Shown here: piece by piece, positions 35,551 through 44,040 of the stretch
Position numbering within the stretch: the first letter of the stretch is position 1
Layout: every line of letters begins with the position of its first letter
DNA from: Candidatus Eiseniibacteriota bacterium
GTDB taxonomy: Bacteria > Eisenbacteria > RBG-16-71-46 > CAVPCR01
Direction: 5' to 3'
NCBI GenBank assembly: GCA_963702435.1
Contig: CAVPCR010000002.1
Location: 128,001 to 192,000, forward strand
Length of the DNA: 64,000 bases
Notes under the pieces: generated by a model
What the model was told of the DNA's origin: nothing
Databases searched by the model: none
The model's input: only the letters and a program-made list of their open reading frames with translations
Position numbers and translations under genes: made by a program

Positions 35551-37239
35551 TCAGTCGATCGCGATCAGATGGTGCTCGCCCCGCCCGGCGCGCCCGGGCT
35601 CGAGATCCATGGCCGCGGCCGCGGCCGCGGCCGCGACGAGCGCCGCCCCGCCGAGGGCGAGGGCGCCGACCGTCGCCAGCCGCCTCTCTTGAAGTCCCGC
35701 GCGCGGGCGGAGGAAGTCCGGCAGGTGGCGAAGCCACGGCTCCGCCGCCGCCTTCCGTGATTTGTTGCGTTGGATCGCAGCCTTCCACAGGCGACCGAGC
35801 TGGTAGTCGGAGCGGGCCGCCACCGCGTCGACGAACTGATCGAGGCCGCGGCCGAGGGCGCCGAGGGCCTCCCGCGCCCGGGCGAACCCCGCCCGCTGCC
35901 CGCTCTCGAGCTCCTCGAGGGCCCGCCGCGCCGGGAGCGGGAGCTGGCGCTTGTAGTAGGCCGCCATGACGACGTGCGGCGCGCCGACCAGCGCCGAGAG
36001 CCCGCCGACCGTGGCGGCCGCGATCGCCGCCGCGCGCGCGGGAACGAGCGTGGCCGCGAGCCGCGGCAGGACCGCCGGGAGAGCGACATCGAGCCGCGCG
36101 TAGGCCGGGGCGAGCTGCGCGATGTACGCCACCTCGGCCGGTCCCAGCACGCGGGCGATGGTGGGGAGCGCGAAGTCCATGGCCAGCGGGCGCAGGGCGA
36201 CCCCCGCCCACAGCCGGCCGCCCCCCGCGAGCACCGCGCGCGCCTCGCGCGCGAAGGCGGCCGCGCTGTCTCCGGCGGCGCCGGTCGGGACGAGGCGGAC
36301 CCGCCGCGGCGGCTCCTCGCGGTAGAGCGGATGGCGCGCGGCATAGGCGCCGAGCTGGCGGCCGAGCCCGGCCGCGGCGAGCGCCTCGCCGGCGCGATCC
36401 ACGACGGCGGAATAGCCCGCGACATCCTCGAGGTAACGCGCGAAGAGCGGCGCGGCGAGCGGCCGGAGCGCCGGCATGCGCGCATCGATGACGACGAGCC
36501 CTGCGGCCCCGAGGAGCGCGTAGAGGAACGCGGCGAATCCCTCGCCCCAGTCTCCGCCGCGGTCCCAGGTCGGGCCGGCCAGCGCGAGCGCGGAAGCGGC
36601 CGCTGGCGTCTCCGGCACCGCGGCGGTCGCCGCGGCGAGAGCCGATCTCCCCGCATCCACCGGCAGCGCGCCCACCATGCGCTCCGCGGCAGCGAGCGTC
36701 GGATCGAGGGCCACGCTGTGGAGGGCGAGATCCGGACCGGCGACGGCGGCGCTCGCGATCTCGTCGAAGTCGGAATCGTCGGAGGCCGTCCAGAAGACCG
36801 GGATCACCCGCTCGCCGAGCGCGTCTTCGAGCGCCTGCGCGGCGGCGATGGCGCTCAGCGCCTTGTACAGCGTGAAGGCCGGGCCGCCGAGGAGCCCTGG
36901 TTGCTGCCCCGTGATGACGATCGGCGCGCCGGCCTTGAGCGCCGCGATCCCGCGGCGCGCCGCGTCGGGAGCGCCGGTTGCGATCGCCAGTCGCTCGACG
37001 TCCGCCCAGAGCGCGGCGCGATCGAGCGCCGGGAGCGCACCGCGGCGCGCCGCGGCCGCCGCGGTCCATCGCGAGAGCGGCGGGAGATGGGGATCGAGCG
37101 CGCGACTGCCGGTGGCAAGCGCCGTGAAGGCCGGGCCATAGCCGAGGTCGGCGAGCGGCATCCCGCCGGCGCGGGCCGGACCCGCCGCCGGCCTCGTCGC
37201 CCGCGTACCGGCGGGATCGCGCGTCCGCCCGCCGCTCAT
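35551..37239 (-). CDS. bshC: Bacillithiol cysteine-adding enzyme
   Basis: VITGQQPGLLGGP.FTLYKA, PVFW.ASDD.DFDEI, LRP, GPAEVAY.AQL, P.V.PR, LQER. Start at 37239 (ATGA overlap) or 37161. Confidence 0.88.
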   Translation of the reverse strand: MSGGRTRDPAGTRATRPAAGPARAGGMPLADLGYGPAFTALATGSRALDPHLPPLSRWTAAAAARRGALPALDRAALWADVERLAIATGAPDAARRGIAALKAGAPIVITGQQPGLLGGPAFTLYKALSAIAAAQALEDALGERVIPVFWTASDDSDFDEIASAAVAGPDLALHSVALDPTLAAAERMVGALPVDAGRSALAAATAAVPETPAAASALALAGPTWDRGGDWGEGFAAFLYALLGAAGLVVIDARMPALRPLAAPLFARYLEDVAGYSAVVDRAGEALAAAGLGRQLGAYAARHPLYREEPPRRVRLVPTGAAGDSAAAFAREARAVLAGGGRLWAGVALRPLAMDFALPTIARVLGPAEVAYIAQLAPAYARLDVALPAVLPRLAATLVPARAAAIAAATVGGLSALVGAPHVVMAAYYKRQLPLPARRALEELESGQRAGFARAREALGALGRGLDQFVDAVAARSDYQLGRLWKAAIQRNKSRKAAAEPWLRHLPDFLRPRAGLQERRLATVGALALGGAALVAAAAAAAAMDLEPGRAGRGEHHLIAID

Positions 37240-38024
37240 GCGCGCGCCCCGCCCGCCGGCGGGCGCGCGCTCGCTCGCTCGGCGAGGAGGAGGAGCCGCG
37301 GGGCCTCGGCGGTGAACGGTCCTCCCGCGTAGTCGCCGGCCGCCTCGAGCACGCGGAAGCCCGCCGCGGCGAGCCGGGCCTCGAGCGCCGCCCGGTTCCA
37401 CAGGGCGACCGATTCGACGTAGTGCGAGACCACCGGGCCGCCCGCCCGCCGCTCGACACGCACGTCCTTGAGGACGCGGCCGCGCGCGGCATCGATCCGG
37501 CGTTCTTCGATCACGCGATACTCCCCCACCTCGCGCTCCGAGCAGGGCGCGAGGTTTCGCTGCACGAGGTCCGCATTCAGGTAGTCGACCACGAACCAGC
37601 CCCGAGGATAGAGGACGCGCGCCACTTCCGACAGCGCGGCCTGGTTGTCCGCCTCGCTCTCGAAGTAGCCGAGGCTCGTGAACATGCTGAGCGCGAGATC
37701 GAAGCGCGCCGCCGCGCAGGGGAGCCGGCGGAGGTCACCGCGCACGAGCGCGCCGCCGCCCACGGCCGCGCGCGCCCGCGCGAGCAGGCTCCGCGAGAGA
37801 TCGATGCCTACCGCCCGGGCGCCGTGGCGGGAGAGCGCGGCCAGGTGCCGCCCCGCCCCGCAGGCGAGGTCGAGGACCGCCGCCCCGGCGAGCCCCGCGT
37901 GACCGCGGGCCGCGAGCGCCCGCGCCACCCAGTCGATCGCCTGTGCGGCCTCGGCCTCGTCGCGATGCGCGTAGAGCTCCACGTAGAGGTCATCGAAGGC
38001 GACCTCGAACCAGGCGCGACTCAC
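37236..38024 (-). CDS. Class I SAM-dependent methyltransferase (candidate NmbA-like)
   Basis: WFEVAFDDLYVELYAHRDEAEA, VLDLACGAGRH, GIDLS, RGDLRRLP, MFTSLGYF, DYLN. GTG start overlaps the HDAC stop and its own stop overlaps the bshC start. Confidence 0.85.
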   Translation of the reverse strand: MSRAWFEVAFDDLYVELYAHRDEAEAAQAIDWVARALAARGHAGLAGAAVLDLACGAGRHLAALSRHGARAVGIDLSRSLLARARAAVGGGALVRGDLRRLPCAAARFDLALSMFTSLGYFESEADNQAALSEVARVLYPRGWFVVDYLNADLVQRNLAPCSEREVGEYRVIEERRIDAARGRVLKDVRVERRAGGPVVSHYVESVALWNRAALEARLAAAGFRVLEAAGDYAGGPFTAEAPRLLLLAERASARPPAGGARA

Positions 38025-38926
38025 GCACGGGCCTCGGCGTATTCGAGCCCGCGGCGGAAGGTCCGGGCGTGGATGCGCACCGTGTCGCGGACGTCCACCG
38101 CGTAGCCGCCGGCCGGCACGGCGACCACCGGCACGCGTGCCTCCTCCGCCGCCGCGAACACCCGCTCGTCGCGATCGGCGAAGTCCGCGAGCGTGAGAGC
38201 GAGCCCGCCGAGCTGGTCCGCGGCATAGGGATCGGCGCCGGCGACATAGACGAGGAGCTCCGGACGGCTCGCGAGCGTCGCCGCGAGCGCGTCCTCGAGC
38301 GCCGTCATGTACTCGCCGCCGTCGGCGCCGTCGCGGAGTCCGAGGTCGAGGTCGCTCGGCGGCTTGACCACCGGGTAGGTCCGTTCCTGGTGGATCGAGC
38401 ACGTGAACACCTGCGGCTCGCCGGCAAAGATCGCGGCGGTGCCGTTCCCCTGGTGAACGTCGAGGTCGAGGACAGCGACCCGCTCGACCCGCTCCTCGGC
38501 CAGCATGGCGCGGATGCCGATCGCGATGTCGTTCAGGACGCAGAAGCCCTCGCCGTGATCGGCGAATGCATGGTGGAAACCGCCGGCCAGGTTCCCGCCG
38601 AAACCGTGGGCGAGGGCGAGCCGGCAGGCGGTGATGGTGCCGCCGGCCGTGAGCCAGGAGGCGCGTACGAGCTCGCTCGAGTACGGGAGCTCGAGGACCA
38701 GGATCTCCTCCCGGCTCAGGCGCCCCGCTTTGAGCTTGGCGACGTACTCCGCCGTGTGCACGCGGCGCACTTCCTCGTCGGTGGCCGGCGCCGGCGCGAC
38801 GAAGTCGCCGGCTGCCGCCGCTCCGCTCTCCAGCAGGAACTGACGGGTAAGCGCGAACTTCTCCATCGGGAAGACATGCCCCCCGATGTCCGCGTAGTAG
38901 TCGTCGGAATAGACGAGACAGCCCAT
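38021..38926 (-). CDS. Histone deacetylase-family (Zn) deacylase
   Basis: H.FPMEKF, VH..EY, AGGFHHA, GFC.LND, DLDVHQGNGT, GADPY..D.LG, GGY. Confidence 0.92.
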   Translation of the reverse strand: MGCLVYSDDYYADIGGHVFPMEKFALTRQFLLESGAAAAGDFVAPAPATDEEVRRVHTAEYVAKLKAGRLSREEILVLELPYSSELVRASWLTAGGTITACRLALAHGFGGNLAGGFHHAFADHGEGFCVLNDIAIGIRAMLAEERVERVAVLDLDVHQGNGTAAIFAGEPQVFTCSIHQERTYPVVKPPSDLDLGLRDGADGGEYMTALEDALAATLASRPELLVYVAGADPYAADQLGGLALTLADFADRDERVFAAAEEARVPVVAVPAGGYAVDVRDTVRIHARTFRRGLEYAEARA

Positions 38927-38946
38927 GCGCCGGTCCTCCGGCGCTC

Positions 38947-38956
38947 ATTCTACACC
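38947..38956 (-). promoter_or_regulatory. Putative -10 element (TAGAAT) heading the HDAC-methyltransferase-bsh operon
   Basis: Minus strand ggtgTAGAATgagcgccGGAGGaccggcgcATG; no clear -35. Confidence 0.5.
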
Positions 38957-39044
38957 GCGGGGCGCCCGGCGGCGGAGGCGGGGCGGACGGGCGTCGTGCA
39001 CCGAGGCGGCAGGCGCTCCGGAGCGGAGGGCGGGCGCTCTGGGC

Positions 39045-39620
39045 CTACGCCCGGCTCGCCTCCCGGTCCGGGGCTGCGCGGCCGGGGGCGATCGCCGGCG
39101 GCGCGTGCCGGATCACCCGGGCGGGAACCCCGACCGCGGTCGAGTCGTCGGGCACGTCGGCGATGACGACCGCGTTGGCGCCGATCCGAACCCGGCTTCC
39201 GATCCGGATCCGCCCGATCAGCTTGGCGCCCACGCCGACGTAGACGTCATCGCCGATCGTGACGCCGTCCTCGATCAGGTTCCCGTGCTGGACCGTCAAG
39301 TTCCGCCCGATCGTCTGGTTGTGCGGCAGGAAGACGCCGGCCCAGGTGTGGATGCAGAGCCCGGGGCCGATCGTGGTCGACTCGGGCACGTTGATCCCGT
39401 AGACCATCTCGGAGAACGTGCGCGCGGTGATGTGGATGAGGGTGAGGATCTGCTTCACGATCGGGATGCGGAAGGTCTGGAGCCAGCGTCCGAAGCGATA
39501 GATGGCGACGGCCTGGGTTCCGTAGTGGAGCCAGATCGTCACGTTCTGATCCACCCAGCTCGGGGAATTGGCGTTATGGAGGCGGGCCGCCTTGAGGTCG
39601 CCCTTCAAGTTCTCGAACAT
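39045..39620 (-). CDS. CysE/WcaB-like hexapeptide-repeat O-acyltransferase
   Basis: AV.IYRFGRW, GINVP..TTIGPGLCI, TIGDDVYVGVGAKLIG..IG..VRIGANAVV..DVP..TAVGVPARVI; GAGG RBS. Confidence 0.85.
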   Translation of the reverse strand: MFENLKGDLKAARLHNANSPSWVDQNVTIWLHYGTQAVAIYRFGRWLQTFRIPIVKQILTLIHITARTFSEMVYGINVPESTTIGPGLCIHTWAGVFLPHNQTIGRNLTVQHGNLIEDGVTIGDDVYVGVGAKLIGRIRIGSRVRIGANAVVIADVPDDSTAVGVPARVIRHAPPAIAPGRAAPDREASRA

Positions 39621-39631
39621 GGCTGGTTCCT

Positions 39632-40693
39632 CTATCGGCTCCCGGCGGCGCGATCCTTCGCCGCTTCCTGGACCGCCGGATCCGCGGCGAGGACGAGCTC
39701 CGCGATCTGCACTGCGTTGGTGGCCGCTCCCTTCCGCACATTGTCGGCCACGATCCACAGCATGAGGCCATGCGGACTCGCCGGGTCGCGCCGGATCCGC
39801 CCGACGTAGACCAGATCGGTGCCCGCCGCCGCCGCGGCCAGCGGATAGACCCCCACCGCCGGTTCGTCGACGACGCGGACGCCGGGTGCGACGGCGAGGA
39901 GGATGCGCGCATCCTCGGGGGAGAGCGGCCGCTCGGTCTCCACCCACACCGCCTCCGAGTGCCCGACGCGCACCGGCACGCGCACGCAGGTGGTCGAGAT
40001 GGCGAGGTCCGGGAGCCCGAGGATCTTCCGCGTCTCGTCCACCATCTTCTGCTCCTCGACGGTGGCGCCCGAATCGAGGAAGGCGCCGATCTGCGGCAGC
40101 GCCTCGAAGGCGAGCGGGTGCGCGAACACCCGGGCCGCGGGCCGCGCGCCCGCGAGCGCGCGCGCGGTCTCGCGCTCGAGCTCGTCGAGGCCCTTCTGGC
40201 CGGCTCCGGCAGCCGATTGATAGGTGGCCACGATCACGCGCCGGAGGCGCGCCGCGTCGTGGAGCGGCTTGAGCGCCATCGTGAGCTGGATGGTCGAGCA
40301 GTTCGGATTGGCGACGATCCGCCCCCGGCCGCCCTGACCGGCGGCGGCGAGGGCTCTTGCGTTCACCTCGGGCACGACGAGCGGCACATCGGGCTCCAGG
40401 CGAAAGGCGCTCGAGTTGTCGACGACGAGCGCCCCGGCCGCGGCGAACGCGGGCGCCGCCTGCCGCGAAACCTCGGCGCCGGCCGCGAAGAGGGCGAGGT
40501 CGTACCCGGACGGATCGGCGCTCGCGAGGTCGAGGACCCGATGCTCGCTCCCCGCGAAGCGGAGGCGCCGGCCCGCCGAGCGGGACGAGGCATACAGGCC
40601 GAGACGCCCGATCGGGAAGCGGCGTTCGGCGAACACCTCGAGGCACGTGCGACCGACGAGCCCCGTGGCCCCGACGATGGCGACTGCGAACAA
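39632..40693 (-). CDS. asd: Aspartate-semialdehyde dehydrogenase
   Basis: VAIVGATGLVG, DNSSAFR..VPLVVPEVN, ANPNCSTIQ, TYQS..GAG, ETRKIL, TCVRVPV..GHSE, DNVRKGAATNAVQIAE. TTG start after GGAGGAGG. Confidence 0.95.
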   Translation of the reverse strand: MFAVAIVGATGLVGRTCLEVFAERRFPIGRLGLYASSRSAGRRLRFAGSEHRVLDLASADPSGYDLALFAAGAEVSRQAAPAFAAAGALVVDNSSAFRLEPDVPLVVPEVNARALAAAGQGGRGRIVANPNCSTIQLTMALKPLHDAARLRRVIVATYQSAAGAGQKGLDELERETARALAGARPAARVFAHPLAFEALPQIGAFLDSGATVEEQKMVDETRKILGLPDLAISTTCVRVPVRVGHSEAVWVETERPLSPEDARILLAVAPGVRVVDEPAVGVYPLAAAAAGTDLVYVGRIRRDPASPHGLMLWIVADNVRKGAATNAVQIAELVLAADPAVQEAAKDRAAGSR

Positions 40694-40763
40694 GGGAGCC
40701 TCCTCCGGAACCGGAACCAGGAACGCAAGAGCCCAGCCGGGGCGACACCGGGCGCGCTCTCCT

Positions 40764-40792
40764 AACTTGTCAGCGTGCCTCCGGGGTGTCAA
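40764..40792 (-). promoter_or_regulatory. Putative asd promoter TTGACA-N17-CAAGTT
   Basis: Perfect -35 box with a 17-bp spacer. Confidence 0.55.
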
Positions 40793-40802
40793 GCGCCGGC
40801 GG

Positions 40803-40872
40803 CCCCGCGCCGGCGACCCGCCCCGCGCCGGCGACCCGCCCCGCGCCGGCGGCCCGCCCCGCGCCGGCGGCC
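40803..40872. repeat. 18-bp tandem repeat CCCCGCGCCGGCG(A/G)CCCG, about 4 copies, between divergent promoters
   Basis: Units start at 40803, 40821, 40839 and 40857. Confidence 0.9.
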
Positions 40873-40880
40873 TGGCCCGC

Positions 40881-40910
40881 TTGACAGCCCCCGCACGGCG
40901 GGCCCATAGT
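40881..40910 (+). promoter_or_regulatory. Putative nfeD-stomatin promoter TTGACA-N18-CATAGT
   Basis: Perfect -35 box, back-to-back with the asd promoter. Confidence 0.55.
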
Positions 40911-40931
40911 CCGGGTCACCTCCCCGAAAGG

Positions 40932-42353
40932 ATGTGCGCCGTGGGCCGACCGCTGTCAGAGTCCCCCCGGGCTCGCGCAATCCACGCGACAGGCCGCGCG
41001 ACCGGCGGGCGGCGCCTTCTCCGCGCCGGCGCCTTCGGCGTCCTGGTCGCCACGGCGGCCGGGGTTCCGCCGATCGCCGCCGCCGCGCCCCTCGTCCATG
41101 TCATCACGATCGACGGGGCCATCAATCCGGTCGCCAGCGAGTACATCCGCGAAGCGATCGCGCGCGCCGAGGAGGACGGGGCGGATGCCGTGGTCCTCGA
41201 GATCGACACGCCCGGCGGGCTCTACAAGTCCACGCACGTGATCGCCAAGGCGATCCTTGGCGCGGACGTGCCCTTCATCACGTTCGTCTACCCGGCCGGG
41301 TCCACCGCCACCTCGGCCGGCGTCTTCGTCACCTACGCCGCGCATATCGCCGCCATGCATCCGGCGACTTCGATCGGCGCGGCCTCCCCCGTCAACCTGG
41401 GCGGCGGCCCGCCCGACTCGGTCATGTCCCGGAAGGCGGAGAACGACGCGGTCGCCTTCATCCGCTCGCTGGCCGAGCGCCACGGGCGGAATGCCGAGTG
41501 GGCGGAGAAGGCCGTCCGCCGCGCGGTGTCCGCCACCGCCGACTCCGCCCGCGCGCTCGGGGTCGTCGACCTCGTGACCCCGAGCCTCGACAGCCTGCTC
41601 GCGGCGGTCGACGGTCGCACCGTGCGTCTCGAGCGCCGCACGGTCGTGCTCGCGACGGCGGGGGCGCGCATCGAGCGCGTGGGCATGAACTGGCGCTTCC
41701 GCATCCTCGACTACGTCTCCGATCCCAACATCGCCTACGTCCTGTTCACCCTCGGCATGCTGGGGCTCCTCCTCGAGCTCTACAATCCGGGCGCCGTGCT
41801 GCCCGGAGTGGCCGGCTCGATCTCATTGATCCTCGCCTTCTACGGCCTGCACACGCTGCCGCTCAACTACGCGGGGCTCCTCCTCATCATCGTCGCCATC
41901 ATCCTGTTCATCCTCGAGGTCAAGGTGCCGAGCTACGGGGTGCTCACGATCGGCGGCGTCATCGCCATGTTCATGGGTTCGCTCATGCTCATCGACATCG
42001 ACCCGGCGCTCGAGGGCGACTTTCTCCGCATCCGGCTCGCGGTGATCCTGCCGGCCGTGGCGACGACCGCCGCCTTCTTCATGTTCGTCGTCACCAAGGG
42101 CATCCTGGCCCAGCGCCAGCGGCCCATGACCGGTCTCCCGGCGCTCGTCGGGATGCGTGGGATCGCGCGGAGCGAGATCGGCCCGGGCCGGGCCGGCCGC
42201 GTCCTCGTGCGGGGCGAGCTGTGGGCGGCGGAGGCGCTGGAGCCGATCGCGGCGGGGGCTGAAGTGCGCGTCCTATCCGGGACCGGGCTCACGCTCCGGG
42301 TCGCCGCCGCGGGCGACGGCCCGGCGGCCGCGTCCGGCGGCGAACGCGGGTGA
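40932..42353 (+). CDS. nfeD: Long NfeD membrane-bound serine protease (ClpP-like domain, TM region, OB fold)
   Basis: [59 protein letters not shown]. Start uncertain. Confidence 0.9.
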   Translation: MCAVGRPLSESPRARAIHATGRATGGRRLLRAGAFGVLVATAAGVPPIAAAAPLVHVITIDGAINPVASEYIREAIARAEEDGADAVVLEIDTPGGLYKSTHVIAKAILGADVPFITFVYPAGSTATSAGVFVTYAAHIAAMHPATSIGAASPVNLGGGPPDSVMSRKAENDAVAFIRSLAERHGRNAEWAEKAVRRAVSATADSARALGVVDLVTPSLDSLLAAVDGRTVRLERRTVVLATAGARIERVGMNWRFRILDYVSDPNIAYVLFTLGMLGLLLELYNPGAVLPGVAGSISLILAFYGLHTLPLNYAGLLLIIVAIILFILEVKVPSYGVLTIGGVIAMFMGSLMLIDIDPALEGDFLRIRLAVILPAVATTAAFFMFVVTKGILAQRQRPMTGLPALVGMRGIARSEIGPGRAGRVLVRGELWAAEALEPIAAGAEVRVLSGTGLTLRVAAAGDGPAAASGGERG

Positions 42354-42396
42354 AGCTGGGCGGGGCGCCGCAGCGTCCCGCAGAGGGGAGTTCGTC

Positions 42397-43182
42397 ATGC
42401 TCACGTTGTCACCGTTCCTGATCGTCGTCGTCCTCGGCGCCTTCCTCCTGTCGAGCGCGCTCAAGGTGCTCCGCGAATACGAGCGCGCCGTCATCTTCCG
42501 CCTCGGCCGGATCATCGGGTTGAAGGGGCCCGGCCTCATCTTCCTGATCCCGATCATCGACCGCATGGTCAAGGTCGACCTGCGCACGGTGACCATGGAC
42601 GTGCCGCCGCAGGACATCATCACCCGGGACAACGTCTCGATGAAGGTGAACGCGGTCATTTACTTCCGGGTCATCGACGCGCGCCGGGCGATCATCGACG
42701 TGGAGAAGTACCTCTACGCCACCTCGCAGCTCGCACAGACGACGCTCCGCACCGTCCTTGGCGAGGTCGAGCTCGACGATCTCCTCGCCCAGCGTGAGAA
42801 GATCAACGAGCGGCTCCAGGTGATCCTCGATCAGCACACCGATCCCTGGGGCATCAAAGTGTCGAGCGTCCAGGTCAAGCACATCGACCTGCCGCAGGAG
42901 ATGCAGCGGGCGATGGCCAAGCAGGCCGAGGCCGAGCGTGAACGGCGCGCGCGCGTGATCAACGCCGAGGGCGAGTTCCAGGCCAGCAAGCGCCTGTCGG
43001 AAGCGGCCGCGGTCATCGAGAAGACCCCGATCGCGCTCCAGCTCCGCTACCTGCAGACCCTGGCCGAGGTGGCGACCGAGAACAACTCGACGACGCTCTT
43101 CCCGATCCCGATCGATCTCTTCCGGCCCTTCATCGAGGCGAGCATGAAGAAGGGCGAGACCGGGAGCGCGCCGCCCGCCTAG
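42397..43182 (+). CDS. SPFH/stomatin-like (slipin) protein
   Basis: [55 protein letters not shown]. Confidence 0.95.
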   Translation: MLTLSPFLIVVVLGAFLLSSALKVLREYERAVIFRLGRIIGLKGPGLIFLIPIIDRMVKVDLRTVTMDVPPQDIITRDNVSMKVNAVIYFRVIDARRAIIDVEKYLYATSQLAQTTLRTVLGEVELDDLLAQREKINERLQVILDQHTDPWGIKVSSVQVKHIDLPQEMQRAMAKQAEAERERRARVINAEGEFQASKRLSEAAAVIEKTPIALQLRYLQTLAEVATENNSTTLFPIPIDLFRPFIEASMKKGETGSAPPA

Positions 43183-43224
43183 CGCCGCTGCCGAGCGGAT
43201 CCGGCGCCGCGCGCGCCCCGCCGC

Positions 43225-43842
43225 CTAGATCCGCGGCAGCGTGACCTCGGTCTGGCCCTGGTACTTGCCCTTCTTGTCGGCGTAGGAGCGCTCGCACTGC
43301 TCCGCGCCCGCGAAGAACAGCACCTGGGCGATGCCCTCGTTGGCGTAGATGCGCGCCGGGAGCGGCGTCGTGTTCGAGATCTCGAGGGTGACGTAGCCCT
43401 CCCACTCGGGCTCGAACGGCGTCACGTTGGTGATGATGCCGCAGCGCGCATAGGTCGACTTGCCCACACAGATGGTGATCACCTCACGCGGGATGCGGAA
43501 GTACTCGACCGAGCGGCCGAGGGCGAACGAATTGGGCGGGATGATGCAGACGGGGCCCCGGAAGTCGACCAGCGACTTGGTGTCGAAGTGCTTCGGATCG
43601 ACGATCGTCGAGTTGATGTTGGTGAAGATCCGGAACTCGTCGGCGATGCGGAGGTCGTAGCCGTACGAGGAGAGCCCGTAGGAGATGACGCCTTCGCGCA
43701 CCTGGCGGTCACAGAAGGGCTCGATCATGCGGTGCTCGAGCGCCATCTTGCGGATCCAGCGGTCAGCCTTGACGCCGGGTGCGGCGGCCAGGGCCGAAGC
43801 GACCGCGTCGGGGCCGGGAAGCGACTGCTCGCGTGCGTTCAT
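43225..43842 (-). CDS. dcd: dCTP deaminase
   Basis: [64 protein letters not shown]. Confidence 0.95.
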   Translation of the reverse strand: MNAREQSLPGPDAVASALAAAPGVKADRWIRKMALEHRMIEPFCDRQVREGVISYGLSSYGYDLRIADEFRIFTNINSTIVDPKHFDTKSLVDFRGPVCIIPPNSFALGRSVEYFRIPREVITICVGKSTYARCGIITNVTPFEPEWEGYVTLEISNTTPLPARIYANEGIAQVLFFAGAEQCERSYADKKGKYQGQTEVTLPRI

Positions 43843-43959
43843 GCGCGTTCGTCCTCGAAGAGAGCGGGTGACTTCGCAGGGGATCGGGATCGGCGCCGCC
43901 GGCTCCGCACGGCCTCACTCCGTGGCCGGAAGGGAACCCCGGGCGCGGGCGGCCGGCGG

Positions 43960-43988
43960 ACGCTAGCAGGGCGCGCGCGTGCGGTCAA
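43960..43988 (-). promoter_or_regulatory. Putative dcd promoter TTGACC-N17-TAGCGT (extended TG)
   Basis: Minus strand ttgaccgcacgcgcgcgccctgctagcgt. Confidence 0.6.
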
Positions 43989-44040
43989 CGCTGCGAGGTC
44001 GAGCCCGCAGGCGGTCAGCGCCGCGAGGTCGAGCCCGCGG
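43981..44040. repeat. Imperfect 30-bp tandem duplication of the 3' end (including the stop) of the GT-C/TPR gene
   Basis: gcggtcaacgctgcgaggtcgagcccgcag / gcggtcagcgccgcgaggtcgagcccgcgg. Confidence 0.85.

Noticed and set aside
43985..44017. UGA read-through as selenocysteine at the end of the GT-C/TPR gene
   Set aside because: The following in-frame segment is only the duplicated tail ending in another TGA, with no redox motif or recognisable SECIS.
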